A DNA stretch of 64,000 bases from Gammaproteobacteria bacterium (GCA_027013145.1 JALUXX010000011.1:192556-256555); one strand, 5' to 3'; shown: positions 22,058 to 31,576, numbered from the stretch's first letter. Numbers and translations: made by a program. Notes: a model not told the origin generated them from the letters alone.

Positions 22058-24913
22058 ATGGGGGCGAAAATCCTTACCCACGACCGCTTCACCGGCGAAA
22101 TCGACCGCCGGCAGATCAAGCGGCGTTTCTACGCGATCAACCGCGAGCGCCTCCAGCGCCTGCGCGAGAGCCTGCGCCCGCGCCAGCGGCAGTTCCTCGA
22201 CATCCTGCCGCTCCTGTTCCACGTCAACCACCCGCTGCTCCCCGGCTACGTCTCCAAACGCACGCCGTTCGGCATCTCCGACTACTCGCCGGCCAAGCGC
22301 AGCGTCGAGGCGGCCCAGCGCCTGGCGCGCAGCTTCCACTATCTGAAGCGGGCGCTGCCGAGCTACCGCATCCACGCCCTCTACCTCATGGGCAGCAGCG
22401 GTACGATCGCCTACTCGGAGAAGAGCGACTTCGACGTCTGGGTCTGCCATCACCCGGGCCTGACGCGCCAGCAGCGCACCGAGTTGCGACGCAAGACCGA
22501 CCGGATCAGCGCCTGGGCGCGCGACCTCGAACTCGAGGTCCACTTCTTCGTGATGGACGCCGAGCGCTTCCGCGCCGGCGGCTGCGAGGCCCTGTCCACG
22601 GACAGCAGCGGCCGGATCCAACACCAGCTGCTGCTCGACGAGTTCTATCGCACCGGGCTGCTCCTCGCCGGGCGCTACCCGATCTGGTGGCTGGTGCCGC
22701 CGGAGGCCGAAGACCGCTACGACGAATACGTCCACGATCTCAAGCGCCGCCGGTTCGTGCGCGCGGGCGAGGATATCGATCTCGGCGGGCTGGCCGAAGT
22801 GCCCGCAGGCGAGTTTCTCGGCGCCTCGCTGTGGCAGCTCTACAAGGCCATCGACTCGCCCTACAAGTCCCTGCTCAAGATCCTGCTGATGGAGGTCTAC
22901 GCCAGCGAGTACCCGCATGTGGACCTGCTCAGCCTGCGCTTCAAGCGCGCCGTCTACGAGGGCGAGACCGATCTCGACCGGCTGGACCCCTACGTGATGC
23001 TTGAGGCCAAGGTCGAGGAGTACCTCGACGCGCGCGGCGACCGCGAACGCCTCGAGCTGGCGCGGCGCTGTTTCTACTTCAAGGTCAACGAGCGCCTCAG
23101 CGAACCCGATCTGCCGTCGCGATCCAACCGCCGGCGCGAGGTGATGCGCGCCCTGACGCGCGAATGGCATTGGGGGTCGGTCGAGCTGCACACGCTCGAT
23201 ACGCGCGGTTCGTGGAAGATCCATCGCGTCCTCGAGGAGCGGCGCGTGCTCGTCGATCAGCTCACGCGCAGCTACCAGGTGCTCTCCGACTTCGCCCGCG
23301 ATCACCGGCACGGGGCCTCGATCGACCCGCTGGATCTCAACACGCTCGGTCGCAAGCTCTATTCGTCCTTCGAGCGCAAGGCCGGAAAGGTGGATCTCAT
23401 CAATCCCGGCATCTCGCGCAACCTGGCCGAGGAGCGGCTGACCATCGTCCAGGAGGACGGCGGCCCCGACCAGTCGAAGTGGTTGTTGTTCCGCGACGAT
23501 CCGGGGGTCGCGGAGGCGCGCGGCGAGGGACCGCTGAAACGTGCCCACGGCCTGGTCGAGATCCTCGCCTGGTGCTACTTCAACCGCCTCATCAACCGCG
23601 GCACCGTGATCGGTCTGCAGACCCGCGATTGCGACGTGAGTTACGGGGAGCTGCACGGAATCCTCGACTGCTTCGAGCGCAGCTTCCCCGGCGCGCGGCT
23701 CGGCGACGCGCGTCTGGAGGAGCTGGCGCGTGCCCCACGGATCCTGCAGGCGCTGCTGATCATCAATCTCGGGACCGATCCGATGGCGCACCTGACGCGC
23801 CGCGGCATGCATCTGACCAGCAACCGCACCGACGCCCTGTGCTACGGGGGGCGTTGGGAGAACCTCGCCCTGAGCTTCGACCTCGTCGTGCTCACGAGCT
23901 GGCAGGAGGTGCTGACCTTCCGTTACACGGGCCCAAACGCGCTGCTCGACTGTCTGTGCGATTTCCTCGGCTGGGCCCCGCAGGGCGGTGGGAGCGTGCC
24001 GCGCGTCCCGGCGGCCTACAGCTTCTCCTCGACCCGCGGCCCGCTGATCGCGCAGCGCGTCGAGGGGCTGTTCCAGGACGTGATCAACTGCTTCTACGGA
24101 CTGTGCCGTTCGGACACGGCGCGCTTCATCGTACGCGTGGCGCACCGCTACTATCTGCTCGAGCCGGAGAACCACGTCCCGCGCCACCGCAACCTGTCCT
24201 CGCTCGAAGCGCTGATGGAGCGGCTCGCCGCGCCGCGCGAGGAATTCGGCCCCGTCCTGTTCGACCCGCAGACGCTGCGCGAGACGCCCCTCCCGCTGAT
24301 CTTTCAGGCCGCGCGCCCCGGCCTGGTGGCGTTCTACTACCACCTCGCCGGGGAGCACGCGGAGGTCTACGTCGTCGACGAGCGCGGGTCCCTGTTTCAT
24401 CAGTCCCTGGCGTTCTACGACGAGACCGCACTCCTCGCGCAGTTTCAGCGCTTCCTCGAATCGGTGCGGCACCGCCGCGCGCCGGCCGCGGACACCGCGA
24501 CGGCGCCCCGCGAGCGGGTCGAGTACTACCGGCTGGAGCATCGGGGAGCGGACCTCTGGATGGCGGAGCCCGCGCGGTTCGTGCGCGCCGCCCCGGACGC
24601 AGGCTACTTCGACGTCCAGGTCATCGCCCGCTCGGTGGGCCGGCAGGTGGACTACACGCTCTATTGCGATCACCGGGAGTTCTCCTCGCTCCAATACGGC
24701 GAGGATCTGTACACCGAGTTCGCCCGCCACGTCGTGGCGCGCCGTGAACAGGGCGGGCGCTACCCGATCTATGTCACGGACATCGATGTCTCGCGCGACG
24801 TCCTCGGCGCCGAGGTCCGCGGCGCGATCCAGACCGTCCACTACCTGAACTACAAGAAGCGTATCGAGGAGCGCCTGCGCCGCGCCCTCGACGAACTCGG
24901 GCCGGCGTCCTGA
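22058..24913 (+). CDS. cyaA: class I adenylate cyclase
   Basis: LLFHVNHPLLPGY and class I CyaA catalytic-region similarity, 951 aa. Start at MGAKIL. Confidence 0.88.
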   Translation: MGAKILTHDRFTGEIDRRQIKRRFYAINRERLQRLRESLRPRQRQFLDILPLLFHVNHPLLPGYVSKRTPFGISDYSPAKRSVEAAQRLARSFHYLKRALPSYRIHALYLMGSSGTIAYSEKSDFDVWVCHHPGLTRQQRTELRRKTDRISAWARDLELEVHFFVMDAERFRAGGCEALSTDSSGRIQHQLLLDEFYRTGLLLAGRYPIWWLVPPEAEDRYDEYVHDLKRRRFVRAGEDIDLGGLAEVPAGEFLGASLWQLYKAIDSPYKSLLKILLMEVYASEYPHVDLLSLRFKRAVYEGETDLDRLDPYVMLEAKVEEYLDARGDRERLELARRCFYFKVNERLSEPDLPSRSNRRREVMRALTREWHWGSVELHTLDTRGSWKIHRVLEERRVLVDQLTRSYQVLSDFARDHRHGASIDPLDLNTLGRKLYSSFERKAGKVDLINPGISRNLAEERLTIVQEDGGPDQSKWLLFRDDPGVAEARGEGPLKRAHGLVEILAWCYFNRLINRGTVIGLQTRDCDVSYGELHGILDCFERSFPGARLGDARLEELARAPRILQALLIINLGTDPMAHLTRRGMHLTSNRTDALCYGGRWENLALSFDLVVLTSWQEVLTFRYTGPNALLDCLCDFLGWAPQGGGSVPRVPAAYSFSSTRGPLIAQRVEGLFQDVINCFYGLCRSDTARFIVRVAHRYYLLEPENHVPRHRNLSSLEALMERLAAPREEFGPVLFDPQTLRETPLPLIFQAARPGLVAFYYHLAGEHAEVYVVDERGSLFHQSLAFYDETALLAQFQRFLESVRHRRAPAADTATAPRERVEYYRLEHRGADLWMAEPARFVRAAPDAGYFDVQVIARSVGRQVDYTLYCDHREFSSLQYGEDLYTEFARHVVARREQGGRYPIYVTDIDVSRDVLGAEVRGAIQTVHYLNYKKRIEERLRRALDELGPAS

Positions 24914-24923
24914 CCCCGCCCCG

Positions 24924-25610
24924 TCAGGGGCCCGCCAGGGCCTCCCCCAGCAGCCACGCGCGCAGATCCCGGACCTCCTCGGGGCATACCGTATGGCCCA
25001 TGTCGTAGAGATGCCACTGCGGTGCGTAGCCGAGTTCGCGCAGCCGCCGGCACGAGCGCTCGGCGATCTCCGGGGCGATGACCGGATCGGCGCCGCCGTG
25101 GGCCACGAACAGGGGCAGGTCGCGGTTCGCCGCGGCGGCCTCGGCATCCAGGCGCCCGGCGAGAGGCAGGTAGGCGGATAGGACCGCGGCCCCGGCAAGC
25201 CGCTCGGGGTGACGCAACGCGCTGTACAGGGCCAGCGCCCCGCCCTGCGAGAACCCGCCGAGCACGATGCGCCCGGCCGGCACGCCGCGGTCGATCTCAC
25301 GCTCGATCAGCGCGCGTACGATGCGCCCCGCCGCGACGATCCCCGCCTCGTCCTCGCGCCACCCGGGGCCGGGGAGGGCGAGGTCGTACCAGGCGCGCAT
25401 GCGTGCGCCGCCGTTCAGCGTGACGGGGCGGACCGGCGCGTGGGGAAACACGAAGCGGATGACGGGCGCCGGGGGGAGGCGCAACTGCCCGACCAGGGGC
25501 TCGAAGTCGTGCCCGTCGGCGCCGAGCCCGTGCAGCCAGATCACCGCGGCGTCTGCGGCACCCGACGCGCCGCGCTCCACGCACTCGGGCAATGCGGTGC
25601 CGCCGCTCAT
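24924..25610 (-). CDS. alpha/beta hydrolase, phospholipase/carboxylesterase family
   Basis: GFSQGG nucleophile elbow, HG..D catalytic residues, about 220 aa esterase fold. Confidence 0.8.
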   Translation of the reverse strand: MSGGTALPECVERGASGAADAAVIWLHGLGADGHDFEPLVGQLRLPPAPVIRFVFPHAPVRPVTLNGGARMRAWYDLALPGPGWREDEAGIVAAGRIVRALIEREIDRGVPAGRIVLGGFSQGGALALYSALRHPERLAGAAVLSAYLPLAGRLDAEAAAANRDLPLFVAHGGADPVIAPEIAERSCRRLRELGYAPQWHLYDMGHTVCPEEVRDLRAWLLGEALAGP

Positions 25611-25717
25611 CGCGCCGCCGCCTCCGGCGCCGCGGCCGCGGTGACCGGCGACGGCGGGTTCCCTGTTATACTCGCACGCATCGCAAGCCTGCGGACCCCG
25701 TCACGCCTCCCGACCGA

Positions 25718-25897
25718 ATGGGCATTCTGCCACGAACGGCCTTGGTAGTGGTCCTCGCCGGTCCGGCCCTCGGCGGCTGCGGCCAGAAGGGGCCGCTCTA
25801 CCTGCCGCCACCGGCGGCGCCGAAGTCCTCGGCCCCGGCGAAGCCGCGCCCGGACGACGGCGGGCGGAAACCCGCCGCCGCCCCGCAGGCCCCCTGA
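25718..25897 (+). CDS. small lipoprotein (LptM/YifL/LppL-like) upstream of lysA
   Basis: MGILPRTALVVVLAGPALGGCGQKGPLYLPP: lipobox LGGC followed by conserved GPLYLP. Typical position 5' of lysA. Confidence 0.75.
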   Translation: MGILPRTALVVVLAGPALGGCGQKGPLYLPPPAAPKSSAPAKPRPDDGGRKPAAAPQAP

Positions 25898-25923
25898 GAC
25901 CGGCGGCCCGGGATTCGACCTCC

Positions 25924-27174
25924 ATGGATCACTTCCGCTACCGCGACGGCCGGCTGTTCGCCGAGGACGTCGATCTCGAGGCGGTCGCCGCCGCCCACGG
26001 TACACCGTGCTACGTCTACTCGCGCGCCACCCTCGAGCGCCACTGGCGCGCCTTCGACGCCGCCCTCGCCGGGCGCCGGCATCTGGTCTGCTACGCGGTC
26101 AAGGCCAACGGCAACCTGGCGCTGCTGGACGTACTCGCGCGCCTGGGTTCCGGCTTCGACATCGTGTCCGTGGGCGAACTGGAACGGGTGTTGCGCGCGG
26201 GGGGCGCGGCCGGGAAGACGGTGTTCTCCGGCGTCGGCAAGCGCGCCGACGAGATGCGCCGGGCGCTGGAAGCGGGCATCCACTGCTTCAACGTGGAGTC
26301 CGAGGCCGAACTCGAACGCCTCGACGCCGTGGCCGGCGAGGTGGGGGTGCGCGCACCGGTCTCGTTGCGGGTGAACCCCGATGTCGACGCCCGCACCCAC
26401 CCCTACATCGCCACCGGTCTCAAGGAGAACAAGTTCGGCGTCGACCCCGAAACCGCCCTCGCCCTGTACCGGCGCGCGGCCGACATGGCACACGTGGAGG
26501 TGCGCGGGGTGGACTGTCACATCGGCTCGCAGCTCACCGACACCGGGCCGTTCGTCGCCGCCCTCGAGCGCGTGCTCGGCCTCGTCCACACCCTGCGCGA
26601 CGAGGGGATCGACGTCGCGCATCTCGACCTCGGCGGCGGGCTCGGCGTGCGTTACCGCGACGAGTGCCCGCCGTCGCCGGAACAGTACGCGGCGGCGCTG
26701 GCGCCGGTGCTGGCGGGCGAGGATCTGGAGATCCTGATCGAGCCCGGCCGGGCGCTGGTGGCCAACGCCGGCGTGCTGCTCACGCGGGTGGAATACCTCA
26801 AGCACGGCGCGGCGCGCGACTTCGTGGTGGTCGATGCGGCCATGAACGACCTCCTGCGCCCGGCGCTCTACGGCGCCTGGCACGAAATCCAGCCGGTGCG
26901 CCCGCGGCCGGACGAGCGCGCCCGGGTCTACGACGTGGTCGGCGCGATCTGCGAGACGGGGGACTTTCTCGGCAAGGAGCGTGCGCTCGCCGTGCGCGCC
27001 GGCGACCTGCTGGCCGTCCGCGGCGCGGGCGCGTACGGCTTTTCGATGAGTTCCAACTACAATGCACGCCCGCGTGCGGCCGAGGTGTTGGTCGACGGCG
27101 GGCGCGTGCGACTGGCACGGCGGCGCGAGAGCATCGAGGACCTGATGCGGGGGGAGTCCCGACTCGATCCCTGA
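25924..27174 (+). CDS. lysA: diaminopimelate decarboxylase
   Basis: PLP-dependent Orn/DAP decarboxylase motifs (CYAVKAN, GGGLG, CESGD-like EPGR), 416 aa. Confidence 0.93.
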   Translation: MDHFRYRDGRLFAEDVDLEAVAAAHGTPCYVYSRATLERHWRAFDAALAGRRHLVCYAVKANGNLALLDVLARLGSGFDIVSVGELERVLRAGGAAGKTVFSGVGKRADEMRRALEAGIHCFNVESEAELERLDAVAGEVGVRAPVSLRVNPDVDARTHPYIATGLKENKFGVDPETALALYRRAADMAHVEVRGVDCHIGSQLTDTGPFVAALERVLGLVHTLRDEGIDVAHLDLGGGLGVRYRDECPPSPEQYAAALAPVLAGEDLEILIEPGRALVANAGVLLTRVEYLKHGAARDFVVVDAAMNDLLRPALYGAWHEIQPVRPRPDERARVYDVVGAICETGDFLGKERALAVRAGDLLAVRGAGAYGFSMSSNYNARPRAAEVLVDGGRVRLARRRESIEDLMRGESRLDP

Positions 27175-27226
27175 GAGACGGCGTGCGGCACCCGAAAGGA
27201 CCCGCCGTCGTTACCGGAACGAAGGG

Positions 27227-27256
27227 AGGAGGGCGGCCGCGGGCGGCCGCCCTCCG
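27227..27256. terminator. GC-rich perfect hairpin (ggagggcggccgc ggg gcggccgccctcc) between convergent lysA and the repeat-protein gene
   Basis: 13-bp inverted repeat with a 3-nt loop. No T-tract. Possible bidirectional terminator. Confidence 0.5.
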
Positions 27257-27267
27257 GAGGGGGTCGA

Positions 27268-27786
27268 TCAGTCGACCTCGGGGCGATTCACCTCGGGCCG
27301 GTCGATCTCCGGGCGCTGAATCTCCGGGCGCTGGATCTCGGGCTTCTCGATTTCCGGCTTTTCGATTTCCGGCTTCTCGATCTCGGGCCGGTCGACGTGC
27401 GGCCGGTCGACATCCGGTTTGTCCACGTCGGGCTTGTCCACGTCGGGCTTGTCGACGTCGGGCTTGTCGACGTGCGGCCGGTCGATATCGGGCCCCCGGT
27501 GTTCGGGGCGATGCAGTTCGACCTCGCTCTGCGCCCTCGGGTTGCCGGGGACGGCGGCGGTGGCCGGCGCGCCCGGTCCGTTGGACACCGCCGGGGTGGC
27601 CGCCATCGATCCGTCCATCGCGGCGCTCGCCGAGTCGTCACCCACGGTGGCGCCGGTCGTGCCCTGCACCTGGACGTCGACTCCGGCGGATGCGGGGGCG
27701 GCGGTGGCCGTCGCGCCCAGGGACAGCCCGAGCGCGAGCGCCGAGGCCGCGGAAATCAGGAAACCTGCTCTCTTCGTGTGCTTCAT
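27268..27786 (-). CDS. secreted low-complexity protein with 17 C-terminal pentapeptide repeats [DE]-[RK]-P-[EDH]-[IV]
   Basis: Signal peptide MKHTKRAGFLISAASALALGLSLGATATA, Ala/Gly/Thr-rich linker, then HVDKPDVDKPDVDKPDVDKPDVDRPHVDRPEIEKPEIEKPEIEKPEIQRPEIQRPEIDRPEVNRPEVD. GGAGG RBS. Confidence 0.75.
   Translation of the reverse strand: MKHTKRAGFLISAASALALGLSLGATATAAPASAGVDVQVQGTTGATVGDDSASAAMDGSMAATPAVSNGPGAPATAAVPGNPRAQSEVELHRPEHRGPDIDRPHVDKPDVDKPDVDKPDVDKPDVDRPHVDRPEIEKPEIEKPEIEKPEIQRPEIQRPEIDRPEVNRPEVD
27271..27500. repeat. 15-nt periodic coding tandem repeat (about 15 units)
   Basis: Direct sequence periodicity (ctcgggcttctcgat / gtcgacgtcgggctt variants) encoding the pentapeptide array. 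Confidence 0.9.
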
Positions 27787-27815
27787 TGCCGTTACCTCCT
27801 CGTAGAGCGGTACGC

Positions 27816-28598
27816 TCAGAACCGGAGATGAGCGCCGACGCCGACGCCGTAGTCGGGACTGCCGCTGCTCAACCCCAGATCACCGAAGACCTGGAACCCG
27901 GTACCGGGCCGCAGATCGTAGTTCCACGCGGCGATCGCATCGGAGGCCGCCGCGAATCCGGCCTGCTCGGACTGATGGCCGGAGTACATCAGGGTCAGGA
28001 ACTGCCCCGGGACCACTCTCAGGCTGGCGCCGACCTCATAGGTGACGATGTTGCGCAGCGGGAGGTTGGGCGGGGATCCGACGACGCGGTAGCCGATCTG
28101 CCCGAACGGAAACAGGCCGGTACCGATCACGGTATCGGCCTCGAGGCCGAATTCGTAGTCGTTCTCGCCGGTCCCCAGGCCCTTGCTGCGTGAGGCGGTG
28201 GCGAACTTGATCTTCGTGTAGGGCGCCAGATCCGGCATCGCGCCGCGCCCGTGCAGCGTGTACTTGCCTTCCAGCCACAGGTCGCCCAGGCCGCTTTCGG
28301 TGCGCGACGAACCGCTCCCGGTCTTGCCGACGACGGTGCCCCCGGAGACCAGGGCGCCGCTGCTCTTGACTGCGATATAGGGCACGGTGAGCTTGAGTTC
28401 CGCGTTCCCGTCGTGGTAGCGGATATAGGTGGGGACGTACCAGATCTGGATGTTTCCGGGGGTGCCGAAACCGCCTTCGAAATAGGACGGCTGCACGCCC
28501 ACCGTGACCTGCGGTTGGGCCGCCAAGGACTGCGGCCCCCAGCCGGCTCCCGCGCCCGCCAGTACCAATGCCACCGCCACCCGCGCCGCTCGACGCAT
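27816..28598 (-). CDS. outer-membrane beta-barrel protein (putative transporter, MetA/phenol-degradation-like OMP family)
   Basis: Signal peptide MRRAARVAVALVLAGAGAGW, alternating amphipathic beta-strands, C-terminal GAHLRF ending in Phe. Strong RBS. 30 nt upstream of the repeat-protein gene. Confidence 0.7.
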   Translation of the reverse strand: MRRAARVAVALVLAGAGAGWGPQSLAAQPQVTVGVQPSYFEGGFGTPGNIQIWYVPTYIRYHDGNAELKLTVPYIAVKSSGALVSGGTVVGKTGSGSSRTESGLGDLWLEGKYTLHGRGAMPDLAPYTKIKFATASRSKGLGTGENDYEFGLEADTVIGTGLFPFGQIGYRVVGSPPNLPLRNIVTYEVGASLRVVPGQFLTLMYSGHQSEQAGFAAASDAIAAWNYDLRPGTGFQVFGDLGLSSGSPDYGVGVGAHLRF

Positions 28599-28727
28599 TC
28601 GCCTCTCCTTTCTGCCGGTGGATCCGCCCCGGGGGTGATATCCGCCCCGGGCCAGGCCCTGTATTGCGTGGAATTTTATCCCATTCCAAAACTGGAGTGT
28701 CGCCTTTACACTACAGTCTGGTTACGC

Positions 28728-28797
28728 TACGATGGAAATCGTAGTGGGATTTTTTCCCACTGTCAAATGACGGTTCCGTTTCTGTGACCCGGGTCAC
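28728..28797. promoter_or_regulatory. cluster of three palindromes in a divergent promoter (ctacgatggaaatcgtag; gtgggattttttcccac; gtgacccgggtcac)
   Basis: Perfect inverted repeats in the AT-rich 224-bp region between the OMP gene and the DUF6502-like gene. The last lies 26-39 nt upstream of the ATG at 28823. Confidence 0.5.
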
Positions 28798-28822
28798 GAT
28801 CCGGGTCGCGCTGGAGTCGAAG

Positions 28823-29656
28823 ATGGCGGGCAACCCGCTTCAGACCGCGCTGATCGGCCTGCTGCGCCCCCTGGTGCGGTATCTGATCGGGCACGGCTGG
28901 CACTACCCGGCGCTGTGTGCCTTGCTCAAGGGCCTCTATGTCGCGGAAGCCGCCGCCCTCGACGCCGGCGCGGCCCGCGCGACCGACAGCCGCCTGAGTC
29001 TGCTGACGGGTATCCACCGCCGCGAGGTCAAGCGCCTGCGCAAAGTGTGGGAGGGCGCCGCGACCCCGCCCGCGCCCGCACCGGCCGCGAACCTCGCCGC
29101 GCGGGTGGTCGCCACCTGGGCTTCGGCGCCGGAGTACCTCGACGCCGACGGGGCCCCGAGAGAACTCCCGCTGCGCGAGGCGGGCGCGGGTCCCTCCTTC
29201 GAGGGGCTCGTGCGCGGCGTGACCGCGGACGTGCGCGCGCGCTCGGTGCTGGACGAGCTCGTGCGCGTCGGCGCGGCCGAAGAGACTCCCCGGGGCGTGC
29301 GCCTGCGGCGCACGGCCTACGTCTCGCCGCTCCCGGAGGAGAAGCTCGAGTTCCTCGCCGCCAATGTCGGCGACCACCTGCGCAGCGCGCTGCACAATCT
29401 GACCCACCCGGACCGCCCCTATCTGGAGCGTGCCCTGTATCATGATTCGATCCCCGCCGCGGAACTCGACCGGCTGCGCCCCGAACTGGTCCGGCTCGCG
29501 GAGCCGGTGCTGCGCGCGGCCAACCGGCGCCTGATCGACGCGACGACGGTCGGGACCGAGAGTCCGCGGGCGCCGCGCCGGCGCCTGCGACTGGGGATCT
29601 ACTACTACGAGGAGGACAGCGGTGGCCCTGGGACCCCCCCCGACCGTGGAAACTGA
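28823..29656 (+). CDS. DUF6502-like protein with putative HTH (possible regulator); family assignment from memory
   Basis: Conserved N-terminal LRPLVRYLIGHGWHYPALCALLKGLYVAEA and an HTH-like LSLLTGIHRREVKRLR. Start taken at ATG 28823; the ORF itself opens at 28784. Confidence 0.6.
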   Translation: MAGNPLQTALIGLLRPLVRYLIGHGWHYPALCALLKGLYVAEAAALDAGAARATDSRLSLLTGIHRREVKRLRKVWEGAATPPAPAPAANLAARVVATWASAPEYLDADGAPRELPLREAGAGPSFEGLVRGVTADVRARSVLDELVRVGAAEETPRGVRLRRTAYVSPLPEEKLEFLAANVGDHLRSALHNLTHPDRPYLERALYHDSIPAAELDRLRPELVRLAEPVLRAANRRLIDATTVGTESPRAPRRRLRLGIYYYEEDSGGPGTPPDRGN

Positions 29657-29663
29657 GGCGGGC

Positions 29664-30851
29664 ATGCGCCGCGCGCGTCGGCGCCGGCGCACCGGCGTTT
29701 CGCTGCGCCTGCTGCCGGTGCTGCTGCTCGCCGCCCTCGCCGGTCCCCTGTCGCTGGGGGCCCCCGGCGGCGGTATCGGCGGCACCGGTATCACCGGGTT
29801 CGGGCCGATCCAGGGCTTCGGCAGCATCTTCGTGAACGGCCGCGAGTACTTCCTCGGGCCGCGTACCCGCTACACCGTCGACGGGCACCCGGCCGGGCGC
29901 ACTGCACTCCGCGTCGGCGATACGGTGGTCGTGCGCGGGACCGGCGCGCCGGGGCGGCGCACCGGCCGCGCCGCCGCGGTCGCGGTGCGCCACCCGCTGG
30001 TCGGGCCGGTGCAGGCGCTCGCGCCCGACGGCCGCGGCATCGTCGTATTCGGTCAGCGCGTGCGCATCCCCGCCGGGACGCCGGTGGCCAGTGCCGGCGG
30101 TGATCCGGTCACCCTGCGGCGCGGCGACTGGGTGGCGGTGAGCGCCCTCGGCGACGGGCGCGGGCGCTGGGTGGCCACGCGCGTCGCGGTGCGTCATCGC
30201 GCCGGGGCCGCCCCCGCCGGGGTGCGGGCGGTCCTCGAAGGCCGGGTGACGGCGGCGGGCCCCGGCGGCGTCCTGCAGGTGGGGGCCCAACCGGTGCGTC
30301 TGCGCGGGGGGCCGATGCCGGCGCGCGGCGCGGCGGTGCGTATCGTCGGGCGCTACCGCGCCGGCGTGATCGTGGCCGCGCGGGCGCTCCCGGAGCGGCC
30401 CGACCTCGGCGGTCGCGGGCGCTACGTGGAGATGGCGGGGTATCCCACGATGAGCGCGAACGGAACGCTGCACAGCAACGGTGTCGTCCTGCGTCCGGTC
30501 ACGCGCCTCGCCGCGCCCGAACGCGCCGAGCTGCACCGCGACCGGCCGCTGGTGTTCGCCGGGCGGATCGGGGCCGACGGCGCCCTCGACCTGCTGCGCG
30601 TCGAGCCGCCGCGGGCACCGTCGCGCCCGCACGCCGAGCGCGGCGGGGCGGAGCACGGGGCGCAGGTCGAACGCCCCGAGGGCGCCCACACGGAGGGCGG
30701 GAAACCCGAGATCGAGCGGCCCGAAATCCGCAAGCCGGAGATCGAGCCGCCCGAAATCCAGCGGCCCCAGATCGAACGCCCCCAGATCGAGCGGCCCCAG
30801 ATCGAGCGGCCGGAAATCCAGCATCCAGAGATCGAGATGCCGGGCCATTGA
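29664..30851 (+). CDS. secreted DUF5666-domain protein with a C-terminal [EQ]-[RK]-P-[EQ]-I pentapeptide repeat array
   Basis: Signal peptide MRRARRRRRTGVSLRLLPVLLLAALAG, GIGGTGITGFGPIQGFGSIFVNG DUF5666 signature in three copies, C-terminal KPEIERPEIRKPEIEPPEIQRPQIERPQIERPQIERPEIQHPEIE. Confidence 0.75.
   Translation: MRRARRRRRTGVSLRLLPVLLLAALAGPLSLGAPGGGIGGTGITGFGPIQGFGSIFVNGREYFLGPRTRYTVDGHPAGRTALRVGDTVVVRGTGAPGRRTGRAAAVAVRHPLVGPVQALAPDGRGIVVFGQRVRIPAGTPVASAGGDPVTLRRGDWVAVSALGDGRGRWVATRVAVRHRAGAAPAGVRAVLEGRVTAAGPGGVLQVGAQPVRLRGGPMPARGAAVRIVGRYRAGVIVAARALPERPDLGGRGRYVEMAGYPTMSANGTLHSNGVVLRPVTRLAAPERAELHRDRPLVFAGRIGADGALDLLRVEPPRAPSRPHAERGGAEHGAQVERPEGAHTEGGKPEIERPEIRKPEIEPPEIQRPQIERPQIERPQIERPEIQHPEIEMPGH
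30703..30840. repeat. 15-nt periodic coding tandem repeat (about 9 units), paralogous to 27271..27500
   Basis: cccgagatcgagcgg-type periodic units. The DNA resembles the reverse complement of the array in the 27268..27786 gene. Confidence 0.85.
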
Positions 30852-30871
30852 GCCGCCGGGATCGCGCCGCG

Positions 30872-31576
30872 ATGGAACGGATCCCCGAGCCGGAGCTGAT
30901 GGACGAGCCCGGGCAGGTGCGCGCCTACGCCGAGGCGGATTTCGAGGAACCGCACCGGCGGTTCATCGAGGGCTTTCGCGGGGCCTTCCCGCGGCTCGCG
31001 GTGGTCGGGCGGGTACTCGATCTGGGCTGCGGGCCGGGCGATATCACCCGGCGCTTCCTCGAGGCCTACCCGGCCTGCCGCGTCGACGCCCTCGACGGCG
31101 CGGCCAACATGCTGCGCTGGGCCGACCGTGCCCTGACGGCGGCGGGCGTGCGCGAACGGGTGCGCCTGATTCACGCGCGTCTGCCGCAGACCGATCTGCC
31201 CGAACGCGCCTACGACGTGGTGATCTCCAACAGCCTGCTGCATCACCTCCACGACCCCGCTGTACTCTGGCAGGCGCTGCGCCGTCACGGCCGCCCGGGT
31301 GCGGCCGTCTACGTCGTGGACCTGCGGCGCCCGGCGAGCGCCGCGCAGGCGCAGGCGCTCGTCGCCGCCCATGCGGGCGGCGAGCCGCCGGTGTTGCAGC
31401 GGGACTTCCTGCACTCGCTCTGCGCCGCCTTCGAGCCCGGCGAGGTCCGCCGCCAGCTCGCCGCGGCGGGGCTCGGCTCGCTGCGCGTCGCCGCCCGCGG
31501 CGACCGCCATCTCACCGTGAGCGGCCGCCTGCCGGCCGCCCGGCCCGCATGGCCCGGCGGCCCATGCGTGCGGTAA
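30872..31576 (+). CDS. class I SAM-dependent methyltransferase
   Basis: VLDLGCGPGD motif I, acidic motif II, Rossmann-fold MTase architecture. Start at MERIPEPELMDEP. Confidence 0.8.
   Translation: MERIPEPELMDEPGQVRAYAEADFEEPHRRFIEGFRGAFPRLAVVGRVLDLGCGPGDITRRFLEAYPACRVDALDGAANMLRWADRALTAAGVRERVRLIHARLPQTDLPERAYDVVISNSLLHHLHDPAVLWQALRRHGRPGAAVYVVDLRRPASAAQAQALVAAHAGGEPPVLQRDFLHSLCAAFEPGEVRRQLAAAGLGSLRVAARGDRHLTVSGRLPAARPAWPGGPCVR

Noticed and set aside
27271-27500. Possible CRISPR-like or minisatellite array
   Set aside because: The 15-nt periodicity is in-frame coding for pentapeptide repeats, with no spacer-repeat alternation. A second copy is also coding. No cas genes in the window.
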